Source of the DNA: Balanoglossus misakiensis
Taxonomy: Eukaryota > Animalia > Hemichordata
DNA length: 64,000 nucleotides
Direction: 5' to 3'
NCBI GenBank assembly: GCA_040954595.2
Contig: CM082588.2
Coordinates: 7,982,844 to 8,046,843, forward strand
The notes under the pieces are model-generated. The model was not told where the DNA came from and ran no database searches. It was given only the letters and a program-made list of their open reading frames with translations. The position numbers and the translations under genes were made by a program. This document shows, piece by piece, positions 12,301-25,100 of the stretch; within the stretch, counting starts at the first letter, position 1; each line of letters begins with the position of its first letter.

Positions 12301-15300
12301 GAAGATGAAGTAATTTGTTTTGTAAAATATTTTTTCATAACAATAGAATCAGTGTAAGCACCCCAGGTAGGCACACAGCACACCTTCATTGATTAAATAC
12401 AAGATTGCAACCTTTAACCTTTGACCTACCTCACACGTCATGCGACTCTTATAGACCTCCTCATCAATGATTTTTGGGTACTTCTCAATACATTTCTACA
12501 GGTTATAGAATTGTGAGAAAAGTAAAGCTTCAATCATGGAAATTTTACTCACACTTTATATCAAAATTTAAAATCAGACATGAAAAATTAAAAATCCGAC
12601 AGCGGGATAGATGGATGGATGGATGCATACATAAGTGTGTGGGAAACATACCTTGTAGTTTTTAACCCATGCCTGACTTTTCACCAGAAAAGTTTTCCTG
12701 TCGTTCAGTTCATCATCTACTTTATGTAACGCTGGTAAGAAATAATCATCTGAATATAAAAACAAAATGTGTTTCCATGTAAGGCTTGTACCAATGAACA
12801 TCACAAGAACTGAGTAAATTGGGCTTTGATCAAAGTATGTTTTTGGTGGAGTGCACTTTCATATTTTAACCCTAACACTGCAAAGTCAGTTGAAACTGGT
12901 TTAAATTCCAGGGTGCCTAGAATCCTGGCTCCCAGGCCCGTTAGACTGCCAAGTGCGTGTTAATCAGTAGGGCCTATACAAGACCCTCAAACCAATACAG
13001 TGCAAACCAGTTAGATTTGGTACATTTTACAGGGGTTTCAGACTGCCAAGTGTGTCTAAGTACATATGAGAGCCATGTCAAGACAGTCAAAATACGTTTT
13101 AGAAGAAAAAGTGGCAAATACATATTTTAAGGGCCTTGACACTCTAAACAGGTATGACACCCAGTAGCATTAGGGTTAAAACAAAATTACACTGTAGCTG
13201 CTGTAACATTTAGCTTTTCAATTATTTTTGTTGTGTGTATCAAATGAAATTTCTTGTTCTACTCCAAACAGTATATGCTAATATACCGGTACATGTACCC
13301 ATTACTCCGCTTGTCAACATTGCCTGTATGTGTGTAACGGCCATTGTTATTGTTGACAAATGAATTCTAGTCTGGAACAATGCTGACTATATGTATATAG
13401 GTTGTGTGAATAAGCTGGATACTGGGCATTTCATCATGCTTCAGGGATTTGAACAAAAAACAGCAGTAGATACACAAAACGAAAACACTGAAAAGTTACA
13501 GCTTATGGAGCTTTAAAGTACTCTGAGAGAGTGAATATAATGGTCACCTTTCTCCTGATAGACACAGACAAGGAAATACGGATCGATAGCAGCACTGACA
13601 ATGGCCTGAAGATAAATCTTAAACACCAGCTGTAGACCACCAGCAAAGATTCCTGTCAACACTGAAAAAAGCACAGAAAGTAAGTGTTCATGAAAATTGT
13701 TAAAGCCTCTAGAGCTGCCACTTTTTGCAATTATTTTCATTTTATTTTCCAGCTTATATTGTTACAACAAAATAAGCTTACTGGTAGGTATACATGAACA
13801 TCTCATCAACACCCTATTGTGGCTGTACGTAGCGAGTTGAACACTCTATATATTAGGTGGGTGCCGCACTGATTTAATCAGCCTCCATACAAACAATACG
13901 CAACTATCGTGGTATGCGTCACCAAGAGACGACAAACTGATGCAAATACAAGGAATATGGCTTAATGGTGAGGATTTTAAAGGATAGGGAATATATTTGT
14001 ATTTTGAATATATTTATATTTGTATTTTGAATAAGTATTTTATAGTGGGAACAATATGTGGAATTTGGCAGCTCTGGAGGCTTCAAAGTCAGTGTTATGG
14101 CTGCATTTGCACTAATGGAGTGAGACAAGGTTGTGTGCATGTTCAGAATGACAGACAGTGTCCTAATAAAAGCAACGTGTCTACACGTCATTGTATAGTG
14201 CGAACTTCCCAACAAAGACAGATTACAACATACTTGGCAAGACTGTCTCACTGCCACTCGACTCGTCAAACGGCAAATCCCAGAATATGACTCCGACTAC
14301 ATCTGTGTTGTCTACATCTGGCATGGCATCATCATCTTGCCCTTCATACTTGCACACGTTGATTGCCTGGTACTTGGCCTTTTCTTTGTTGCTATAGCGA
14401 CGGACCTACAGACAGGAGGAACCTGGGGGTCACTTTTATATGAATCAATGAGACACAGTATCGGGAAATGAAAATCAAGAAAAGCCTTCCTATCAACACA
14501 TGAGTGCAATAACTGAAGGGCCTTTTTTGGTTCAGCAGAATTTCTGATCTTAAAGTATCTTGTCCTTAGGGACCGTCTCAGATTGTCAAATAAGTTCAAC
14601 AAATGAAATTCGTTCGTTTAGGGGAAAGGAGGTTGAGATAAATTCGTTTGGTTCACTTTTCAAAACTGACCGGCATTAGTCATTTTAGCAACTACAGTCA
14701 AGCTTCTGTTAGTGGCCACCCCTATATAGTGGCCACTTTGTTACAGTCCCTGTGCAATTCACATGTGCATTAATTAACCTCTATAAAAAGGCCACCTGTC
14801 TATAAAAAGGCCAGTTTAGGAAAGTCCCTTGACTGGCCACTATAGACAGGTTCGACTGTACTTCTCAATCTCATTTGCTATACATAAACAATTAGTAGTA
14901 TAGGCTTTAGGAAAAATGACACAGAAGAAACAAACAATAGCAGGTGACAATAAGCTACCACTACGCCATTGTTATCTCAGTGTTTGATAATAATAAAATA
15001 AACCTGATCTGTCACTCATATATATGCAACAAAACCTCTGCACATCACTGCTGACTTGTGGTTTCCTTGAATTCCTCACCTCAAGTGTTCCTCTAAAAAT
15101 GTCTGGATACTCTTCAACATCATCATCATCATCTTCATCTTCACCATCATCTGAGTTGGCATGGCAATCGTCATCATTCTCCTGACTCACACATATGTAT
15201 TTCCTCATAGTTTTCCCTTCTATTGACCAGATGCACTTGATATCGTCCCCACAGGACAGCAAGTCTTTTTCCACCACAAATTTCAGCTATAAATGCGAAA

Positions 15301-18300
15301 CAGATTAAAAAACACTAATCAAATGTCATTTTAATTAAAGCACCAATAGCTACCACTTACAGCATATTTTCCATTGATAAAATACTGCAATCTTTACCTC
15401 TTTAGCTGACAGATGACACCATTTTGAGTTTGTGCAGATTCTAATTATACGGGGATAATACCTATTTGTGCAATGTGTATATGATCATTGTGTACTCTGG
15501 CAATGGAAGGCTGAATAAAAGGGTGTGGCACCTGTTTATTGATTAAATGGTTCACATTTGAATACAAAACCACAATCAGAGGTTGATAATGATTTCTTTG
15601 TGTATACCAATCAGTAAGCTTATTAAAATGTCTCAATATACATGTAGGTTTGAATGTAAAGACATGAAAATAATATTGGTTGACATGAATATTATAATTG
15701 CTTGAATGAATCATTACACTGCATGGTCATACTATGGGATGATTTTCTCAACTCAAAGTTCAATTTTCTATCTACAAGTGTAGTGACAAGTAAATATATA
15801 ATTGATACAATATGACACCTTGAGTTTAAAGTGAAGGGGTCGTTGTGCCGTATTTGTTTGTTTATAAACATAACAGTACAATTCATCCACAAATCCCTGA
15901 AAATAGATAATTCTTAGAATGAACGAAGCAGCCAACCGTAGCGTAGACGGGGCATGACAGCAACTGAAGATCCTAGTAGGTCGTGGCGACTGCAGTGGGG
16001 TTTGTGCTGGTATGGGAGGACATATTCTCATCAAGGGGGACACTCGTGGCGACTGCAGTGGGGTTTGTGCTGGTATGGGAGGACTTATTCTCATCAAGGG
16101 GGACACTCGTGGCGACTGCAGTGGGGTTTGTGCTGGTATGGGAGGACTTATTCTCATCAAGGGGGACACTCGTGGCGACTGCAGTGGGGTTTGTGCTGGT
16201 ATGGGAGGACTTATTCTCATCAAGGGGGACACTCGTGGCGACTGCAGTGGGGTTTGTGCTGGTATGGGAGGACTTATTCTCATCAAGGGGGACACTCGTG
16301 GCGACTGCAGTGGGGTTTGTGCTGGTATGGGAGGACTTATTCTCATCAAGGGGGACACTCGTGGCGACTGCAGTGGGGTTTGTGCTGGTATGGGAGGACA
16401 TATTCTCATCAAGGGGGACACTCGTGGCGACTGCAGTGGGGTTTGTGCTGGTATGGGAGGACTTATTCTCATCAATAGGGACACCCACGCGGTGCGACGA
16501 CCACTTCCCTTTAAGACTAAAATCATGAAAATAACATAAGAAGACACAGCCATCAAGGATTCACCATACCTTTGCATCTCCCAAATTATTCTCCTCTTCC
16601 TGATTATCTGTTGACACAGTCTCATCCAGCTCTTCATCATCATCATCAACGACAAAACCCACCAAGTTTCCATCTTCATTCACGTCATCATCTCCATCTG
16701 TTGGTGATTCCTCAGAACTGTCGTCATCACTTTCCCTGTGGTTGCTATGGGATACAGTGAAGACACACAGACAGTGAATAACAGTACCACATAGTGGCTG
16801 TAACTTCTAAGGACGTTCCAGTCCTTTAGTTATAATGTATCATGACCATGTCATGGTTAGCAGTGACCTGAGTTGCTCCATGTATGGTTAGAGTCCTTTG
16901 ACATGCAAATAGAAAAAAAAATGAAGACCAAAATGCTAGACCGCTGTAAGCAAAGCAAAAAAACACACACGCATAAGTCTGGATTCTAAACCAAGTACAT
17001 ATACGATTAAATTCTGTGTGCATTCCAAGCACACATAGCTAACCTGCTTTCATCATCATCAGATTCAATGAAACTCCTTTGGAATTTCTTGGCTCGAGAT
17101 CTCCCCAGCACAATGTCGCTGCTACTGCTTTCCGACCCAGCATCGTTTCCCGCTCCTGTTGGGCACTTTTCTCCCGAACTGCGGTTTGCAGACGCAGTCT
17201 GGCGAGGATTGAGCACCGCGGCTTCGATAAGCTGCAACTCGCCTTCTGGGACGTCGCCTTCCATCACAAGAATCTCACTTATATCAACTATTTGTTCTGT
17301 GTCTGGATGCGAGGTCACTGCGGGGTCAGAGTTCAAAGGGCAGTCGACCCCGAGTGACCCATTCTGTAAATGAACACCGACAGCAGAGCTATTGACATCT
17401 GCTGTTGTCGTGTCGTTCTGGTTTTGACTGAGATCAGCCTGTCCAGTGCTGGATGTCCCAGGTTCATGATCTGCCGGTTTGTCTCCTGAACTCGATTGTC
17501 TTCCTGCTCTCTTTTCGTCTGAAAGACATGATGCAAAAATACTTGATAAACAAAAGAACATGGCAAATTTTTGGGTGAATTTAGTATTAACTGTATACTA
17601 ACACAAACATAACAGACAACATTATAGCCTTAGGGAGCAACAATGCTTCCCTGGTGATGGGTTGAAGCTTATACAGGGTTCTGATCTAAATAAGGTTTTT
17701 GTCACCTACAAGCTTGGATGCAGAACTAACCTGATTAAAATAAGTTGTTGGCTTGGCTTTTTAACCATTGCTGAGTCTTGGCTCTTCTGTTCTTGGACGT
17801 TCGCCACACTAATTGGTTCAGATGTAGTGTGGCGTACATAAGAGAATGTGTAACAGCCAAGAGTCAGCAAAGGTAAAAGATCAGGCCAACCCTACATCTG
17901 ATTTTAATCAGACTGGCTGCAGAACCTTTGCTCGAGGTTTTGCGATGTGGTATATTATTGTGTGTGGACGGCAAAACCAAACTGGTTTAAAACAATTATG
18001 ACCTGGAGCGATGGTTCTGCGTTAGCCATATGTCTACTATAGAAGTGTCTGCTCAGAAACACAAGGTCACATGAACAGTTAACTACATGTACTGACAACT
18101 ACTTTTTGAACCACCTGCACAATTTCTTGTGATTATCAGATTTTCACATCGTTCATGTCCTACCGCCAGAGGCGCAGCTTGGAATCGAGACTTTGTGTGT
18201 TGACTGTCAATGATTCATTGATTGGCTACAGAACTTCAGACAAACCCTTTCTTTTTTCGTGACAGAAATGACCTGAACGCGATTCATGTCCCTTTGATTT

Positions 18301-18660
18301 CACATTAACAACGATCATAACATAATAAACGTAGCCCCTACTTTGCCGTTTCCGTATTCTCTGTAATCTCCGTAACTCCATTATTTTCTGTTTCTTAGAA
18401 CTTGACGTCTGTCTTCGATCTCGCAAACTTCTCGGCGGGGTTGTCGCTGTCTCGCTTTGTTGGGTTTGCTCCGGCGACGGGCAATTTTCGTCTGATGTCG
18501 ACGACGACTCTGACACAACGTGGGAAGGTCTTTTGCGGCGTAAATGAACAATTTCGTCGTCCGATTCTGAGCTGGCGATGTCATTTTTCGAATCAACGCA
18601 GTTTTCACCAGCGAGTGAACGACTTCTCGCAACTGTGGCTTGGCTCGCCGAAATGTTCAT
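9322..18660 (-). CDS. DUF4211-domain protein (CCDC82/QSER1/PRR12-like), ~675 aa if repaired, 12 coding exons, apparent +1 frameshift in exon 9
   Basis: Exons 18342-18660, 17044-17518, 16570-16744, 15080-15286, 14234-14405, 13548-13652, 12652-12749, 12430-12495, 11802-11943, 10956-11051, 10104-10190, 9322-9408. All GT-AG with consistent phases except exon 9 (142 nt instead of 141). Acidic/Ser-rich N-half; C-half motifs FKIYLQAIVSAAIDPYFL, DYFLPALHKVD, TCE|ACK, LSGPPYN, FVGRFCFRRSSLYHTLHHFKWNLFREC. Confidence 0.8.
9850..10072. mobile_element. Family A element (deleted copy)
   Basis: AGGGACAAAGTCTCTC...GAGACTTTGTCCCT|TTAA. Confidence 0.75.
10376..10569. mobile_element. TIR element with TAGTCT ends (Academ-like MITE), plus a duplicated left end near 10690
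   Basis: CTAGTCTGGTCCCCTGCCCCATTCCCA ... TGGGAATGGGGCAGGGGACTAGACTAG; no TSD seen. Confidence 0.55.
10848..10935. mobile_element. piggyBac-like ~90-bp MITE (family P)
   Basis: Diverged copy of CCCTTTCACC...GGTGAAAGGG|TTAA, also at ~23863 (partial), 26210-26294 and 27852-27936. Confidence 0.6.
11213..11405. mobile_element. Family A element, left half only
   Basis: TTAA|AGGGACAAAGTCTCTCTCTCGCTGCCC..., truncated. Confidence 0.7.
11523..11731. mobile_element. Tc1/mariner/pogo-type MITE (TA TSD, CTGTAAAAC ends)
   Basis: TA|CTGTAAAACAGGAAATTTT...AAAATTCCCGTTTTACAG|TA. Confidence 0.75.
11975..12165. mobile_element. Second copy of the CYGTAAAAC MITE
   Basis: TA|CCGTAAAACGGGAAATTTT...AAAATTTCCCGTTTTACAG|TA; the interior resembles 11523-11731. 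Confidence 0.75.
12870..13175. mobile_element. piggyBac-like non-autonomous element
   Basis: TTAA|CCCTAACACT...AGCATTAGGG|TTAA. Confidence 0.65.
13704..13961. mobile_element. Dispersed repeat with TTAA flanks; second copy at ~55840-56090
   Basis: ctagagctgccactttttgca...gtggtatgcgtc.ccaagaga.gacaaactgat...aatatggctt occurs at both loci. Confidence 0.7.
14695..14858. mobile_element. pogo/Tigger-like MITE (TA TSD, CAGTC ends)
   Basis: TA|CAGTCAAGC...GGTTCGACTG|TA; a shorter relative lies at 21213-21329. Confidence 0.75.
15830..16510. mobile_element. TTAA-flanked TIR element (family B) containing an expanded 63-bp minisatellite
   Basis: TTAA|AGTGAAGGGGTCGTTG...CGACGACCACTTCCCT|TTAA; sister copy at 29014-29242. 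Confidence 0.8.
15981..16484. repeat. 63-bp minisatellite, 8 copies, intronic
   Basis: tcgtggcgactgcagtggggtttgtgctggtatgggaggac(a/t)tattctcatcaagggggacac at 15981, 16044 ... 16422. Confidence 0.97.
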
Positions 18661-19130
18661 GTCTAGCGCTGATTTTACCTGTTCAAATCGTCATCGGGCT
18701 CTTCTTTTGAAATCCGCGCTACACAACAAACATTAAAATGTAACATATTACTTATTACATCACATTTCACACATGACCAAAGTAGCAGACTGAGTAGAGG
18801 GCGCATTGTTGTGACCTCATGTCACCTTTGACCTAGGATGCCCATCACAGACCATCGTGACTAAGGGGAGTGACGATGAAATGCTGTCCACGTTCTGATT
18901 ATTGTACTTTAGCGCAAATTCAATCATCAGCTAGATTATGGACGTGATCAAGTAAGTTCATAAAGTCACATATACCGAAGACGCGACGCCGTTTGATCTC
19001 GAACCCGTGAGAATCGGTCTTCCGACTGTAGAGTGTCGTCCAAAAAAAACAACAACAACATCAACCCAGGCCCAAACAAACTTGTTTGGCGAGTCCACAA
19101 CTTTGTCGCTCCAAGACCAATCACGGCAAG
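18661..19130. promoter_or_regulatory. Probable bidirectional promoter and 5' UTRs between the DUF4211 and MFS genes
   Basis: Divergent ATGs at 18660 (-) and 19131 (+) are only 470 bp apart. CpG dinucleotides are locally frequent and a CCAAT box lies at ~19117. Confidence 0.6.
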
Positions 19131-22100
19131 ATGAAGCTAAAAACGAAGAAAATTCTGACGAATATCTCCACGACAGTGTTCTTTCTGATGGGAGGCATTG
19201 AATACGGTAAGCGTCCAAGTTTGCACAATGCAAGTTGTGTCTACAGTAGTATTATGTATATAAACCCGGGGGCGGTTCTCTGATCAAGCGCTGGTCAGGC
19301 CATGTCACATCACATGCTATACTAAGCTGCAATCAATGAAATATTAACTAAAACGTTGATCACCCATCAAATTGTAACTCTAATCGCTGACTATGAGATG
19401 ACTCATTATGGGGTGATTGAATTCTGGTGTGGCATTTCCCCCAAAATAGGTGATATAGAAGATGTCAAGTATGAAAACAGTTAGATAATTATAATAATAG
19501 GTTTGTAGTATGCAAATAAAATTTTTAATCATCATATCTAAATAATCATAATTAGTGTGATTGTTGATTGTGTCGTGATCAAAGGTCCCGTCATGACAAT
19601 TTTGTTCCAGTCCAACCAAAGCCAAGAAATAAAGTAAAATATAAACCAAAGTTTTGATATACAAGTTTGTATATTGATTATAGATTTCATTAGAGTAGTT
19701 ATAAAGTTTGATACTGTCGTTCAATTAAACATAAATTGCTTTTGGTCAAGTACATGTATTATTCTTTTTCAGCTTTTATACTTTGCATTTTTATCAATAC
19801 ATTAAGATATATAGATTACCTTAAAATTACAGTAGTCCTTTAAAATGCTGATAAATATATGAGGACCTTACATCATTTCTTATCAATCAATTATTCAATC
19901 AAATAAAATTGTATTAAACACTGCACTATTGAGACAAAGTATAGACCTTCTAGATATCAAAAATATTGCAGGTCCCAAACTAACCATTATCTTTAATTAA
20001 GTTAATGTCTTGTTGTCTCTTGTTCCATACAGCTGTGATTTTACCCACTCTGTTTATGTATCTGAAGACAATGGATGCAGAGCCCATCTTTCTTGGACTG
20101 TCGTTATCAGCATTCAGTCTCTCAGCCCTGTTTGCCGGTCCAATATTTGGCAAGTGGCATGACAAAACGGGCAAAGTCAAGGTCATCATTTTGTTTGGGA
20201 ATCTCTGGGAAATAGCTGGTAAGTTGTGAAATAGTGAGCGTGCACAGTGTACCCTCTGACAAACATAATTTTTAAAAGCTTTGAGTCAATTTGAGGATTT
20301 CTAAAAAATCAGTTCTAAAAAATCAGTCAGTTGTGTGAGTCAGCCCTATACCTTTGCATGTAGTATGGATACTTTTCTTGAGTCACCAGTGAGTTTGTAG
20401 AGTCAGTGGTGCGTCATATTATGGGCTTAGAAGGTACACTGGTGCATAACTAACTATTGATGTTAATGTATGTACACAGTTCTTATTACCATTTCCACAA
20501 ATTCAAAATGATGTTGTTTGTCAACTGAGGAAAGGAGAAAATTGGAAAATTTTATTCATTATATTCATTAAAAATATGCCAAAATATGGCACAACCATAG
20601 AATACAGGCTTTTATCAAAACATAACTAGTTTGATTTTACACATTATTTATATTCTTCATATAGGGAATCAGCAATATTTACATTTTGGCAAAAGTAAAA
20701 ATTAACATATTGGAGTTTTATAACCAAATCTTCAGTGAGATGGAAGGATTGTAAACAATCTACAACATATTGACATGCCGTACCTCTAAACATGTAATGT
20801 TTTCTGCTTTTTTTATTTTTATAGGAAACTTTCTGTATTTTGTGGGAATCAACAAGTACGTGATTGTGTTAAGCAGATTAGTGGCCGGTAAGTTGAATGT
20901 GATAAGCATAACACCATACAGAGGTCACGCTAGGATTTTTAGCTGTGTGTATTTTTGATGCATATAACAGTGCTCTGTGTGCTCTGTTTAAAGGGACAAA
21001 GTCTCTCTCTCGCTGCCCTTTTCCCATTAATTATGTTTGATACAAGACACTGTTTAGGTTATTCTACATGTGGATATATAGTAAATCAACGTTCAACCAC
21101 ACACAACTTCCATCCAACTTGTAGACGCGAGAGTGAAAAACTCGCCAAAATGAAAAATCGGTCTCCACAAACAGGATGGAAGTTGTGTGTGGTCGAACGT
21201 TCATTCACTATACAGTCAAACCTGTGTTAGTGACCACCTCTATATAGTGGCCACTATGTTACAGTCCCTGTGCAATAAAGGCTAGTTTATGAAAGTCCCT
21301 TGACTGGCCACTATACACAGGTTTGACTGTATATCCACATGTAGAAAAATATAAACGGTGTCTTGTATCAAATATAATTAATGGAAAAAGGGCAGCGAGA
21401 GAGAGACTTTGTGCCTTTAACCATGGCTTGCATCCAATCATGACAATGTATTTGATGAAAAGTTGCACTGATATAATGTTTTGTTTGACCTTTCTTATAA
21501 CAGGGGTTGGTAGTGGTGTTGGTGCGGCTATATTTGCCCAAATAACACACACAACAAGTCAAAAAGAGAGAACGGCGGCCATTTCAGTTGCCATGGCATC
21601 CAGACAGATCGGTCTCCTCCTAGGCCCAGGATTAAACTTGTTCCTTGAACAGCTAAGTGGATATCTTGGACCCTGGGAAATTAACAATCTCTCTTCTCCT
21701 GGGGTAAGTCATTGCAGGAAGTTCTACAATGCTCCAAACTGCAAAAAGCTGTGATCTTCAAAATGTCATAGCTGCGTGTCAGCTTAGTTAGGGGCTATGA
21801 ACAATTTAAAAATCTGTATATAGTAAATAAATCTTTATGAAAGGGGATGGGTAAGTTGTATTTCAATTACTGAACAGTAAAACTTGTCTAAACCGAACAC
21901 AAATGGGACAGAAGAAATTGTCCAGTTTGCTGGGGTGTTTGGTTTATGTCAAAGGGACAAGAAAATGTGTTCAGTATAGACAGGTTTCCAGATTAGACAG
22001 GGTTTGGTTTAGACAGGTTTTACTGTACATGTGTTTGCACTAAGTCCAAACCAGAATAGATAAGTAGCAGATATTTCTCAAAGAAAATAATTCTTTTAGT

Positions 22101-25100
22101 ATAATTGTAAATAAACGGAGAGATCTCCAAGGGTGATTGTTGCATATATGTCTCCTGGGAGGTAAGTCATTTTTACCAAAATCGAAGAAAAAAACTTAAT
22201 TTGTAGGGATACAAAATTGTGCATTCTGGGAAAAAGTGCCAAGCCTGGCTGTTGTACCATGTGACCTGGCATCAACCATTGTAGTACGGGTACCAAGCAC
22301 TATTGATCTGATCAAATTGTTTTTTTCCCCCTAAATGTTGACAGATCTTTATGTGTGGTATGTGGATTCTGATGGAAGTGATGATAATTTTCATGTACTA
22401 CGACCTGCCACCGCTGGAACAACAGGAGAAAATACTGGCAGAGGAAGCGAGGGACAAAGAAAACCAGGAGAACGTTTCCGAAAACGAAGAAACGGAGCCG
22501 ATGCTGAGAAATTCAGTGAATCACGAAAACAAAGTGAACAAGATGCATTCCTACGCGAGCTCAGAAGGGATGACGGGCAGCGATGGCTACACGACCAACG
22601 CCCATTCTGCAGACATAGAACAGTTCATGAAAGACTCAGAGGTCAAAGGTCAGCCAATCAACAAATACGGTAGCATCAATGCACATACAGAGCCAGAGGA
22701 CTATTATAAATGTTTGGAGGAGGATGGAACATTTGAAGATGTGCCGATTGAAAGTAAAGAGATGAGAGAAGCCAAGTTGTATGCCACAGAAGAAGGTTCT
22801 GAACTTTATCCAGAAAAATGGACATTATATAGAGGTAAGTTCAATTTATGCCTTGGGTTTTTTGTCAGCCAGCATTTAAATACATTGTATATTTTGAATA
22901 AAAATTGTAAAGCAATTTTAATTTTGATACTGAATGAAAAAAGTTCCTTGATCAGAAATACTATAGTTTAAATGTAACTTTTTGAAGAAATTACCAATAT
23001 AGTCTACTACAATCTGATTGGATTATATAGCTGGGTTTGCTGCAGTGTTGATACAATTGAATAATTTTCAGAAATTAATTTCCAGGTGGACTGTGATAGT
23101 TCTAATTTCACCACAGTGCAAACCTACTGGTGGATAGAAAATGGTACTTATATACTTGAAAACGAGAACTAGAGCTGAATCTTGAAACATGTCATCCATT
23201 TTGTTTTTCAGAGTTTCTCAGGGAAGAGATTGTTGTTATTCTTGCGGTACAGTTTTTCTTCCTTTTTAATCAGACTTCACTTGAGGTAAGTTGCATGAAT
23301 TTGTAAAATGTTGGCTTTCTACATGACACAATCTTAGCTACATGTACATTGGATGTGAAACAAAAGTAGATGTTCATTAAAATCTGCAAAGATATCCATG
23401 GTATATGCTCATATCACTTATTCATGATTTTCCATCACTCTTTCGGAATGATGAGTTGGGGTCAAAGGTTGAAACATTTTTCTTCTTGGCAAATATATTG
23501 GCATAATACAACTCTTGAGTGTAGACAATATATACATGTAAACCTATGTCTGCAAGGATCTGAAATATAACATTGAATTAGTATGGGAAAATTTAGAGGT
23601 TTATGTCCACACAATGTTGCAGTGTCAGGGAACATGAAAAAGTTATTACAACCCTTATGTACTACATAGGATTGCATACACAAGTACATTAAGATGATCT
23701 GGAAACTATGGCTTTCCTTTGCTTTCACTTATTTCAATGTATTTTCTTTGTCCTACAGACTTTACTGACACCCTACACGTACATTTACCTTGGTTTTAAT
23801 GAACTCCAGAACAGTCTGTTGTACTGTGGTGCTGGTGTTGAGGTAAGACAAACAGATTCTTAACCCTTTCACTCCCATCATTTTCCTCTTTAGAGGTCCA
23901 AGTTTACCATGGAAAAGAATGGGTAAGTACTGACCTGAAAATGCTTCAACCAGACCTGTGTGACAGTATACAGCACAATACTCGAGTTTCAAGATTCTCG
24001 CGAGACATACGAAAACGAGGATGAGGATGAGCATGTACTGTGCACACAGACTGATACTACGCGTTCGGTGACTGATAAGTTTATTATTATCCATACACTT
24101 TACCATTCCATGACGCCCGTGGTCCAATCTGCTTTCACTATCACTCAGCGAATAACCCGCCATGTGTTGTTCACCCTCAACCTTGTTTTGAACTATTCTC
24201 GGGCCCTGTTCGAGAATCTCGTTCCAGATCTCAAAAACGGAGTATTGTTGATGTCAATTTACTGTGCACACGTCAAGAGAAAATTAATAGTTTTAATTGA
24301 AATATGTAATTCATGATAATTAAAGCTGGTATCTCGTCTCACGCGCATGCGCGTAACTTTCCAGCAAATTTTCCGTTCGATGCATTCAAATAGTGGACTG
24401 CCTTCGCTTCCTTCCATATTTCATGCGCACCGTATAAGTAGATTCTGGTTTTGTCTCTCCTTTTCACCCAAGCTGGTGTCTTTTCACGATCTCTGACACA
24501 GATTATGGTTGCCGCCATCGTGTGTGAGCACTCCCTTATGGGATTGACAGTTCACTAAACGTTTGTAACCAGCGGCTACAGTTGGAACATGCGTGCAAGA
24601 CGAGCTACGCGCTTTAATATAAAGTCGTTAATTTTTTTTCTCACTTTCAGGTGCTCTTCTCATTTGTACTCATCAAATATTTGAGCAAAAAAGTGGAAGA
24701 TCGAAAACTGTTGGCGTTCGGCTTGGCAATAGAACTGGTGTCCATCAGTGCTGCATTGGCGTACATGCCACTTGTCAAAAAAGGTAATTTTTCTCATCAT
24801 TGTCTGCAGCATTTTTTTCAAACATTGCGCTGAGCAATTTGACAAAATATTGTACGTCTGCCATTGTCATAAAAAACTGGTAGAGTAAAACCTGTCTAAA
24901 CCAAACACCAAAGAAATCATTTGGTGTCCAGTTTATAGGGGCTCTTTTCACATGTTGTTCTATAACAAAGGGATGAGAAAGGTGTTTGGTACAGACAGAC
25001 TTCCAGATTATGCAGGGTTCGATTTAGACAGGTCTTACTATAGTACTAGTGCATTTGTTTGTCTGAATATTGACCTATTACATTGTCTCTCTTTTTTTCA

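Noticed and set aside
14312-14602. 96-aa minus-strand ORF
   Set aside because: Overlaps the real exon 14234-14405 in a different frame; the rest is intron.
15768-16679. Long ORFs in five frames, including a mucin-like S/T/P repeat
   Set aside because: Caused by the 63-bp minisatellite inside an intronic transposon; the flanking exons 16570 and 15286 splice in phase without it.
23762-24316. 133-aa and 118-aa ORFs in MFS intron 7
   Set aside because: No recognisable motifs; they lie in repeat-like intronic DNA, and I found no transposase anywhere in the window.
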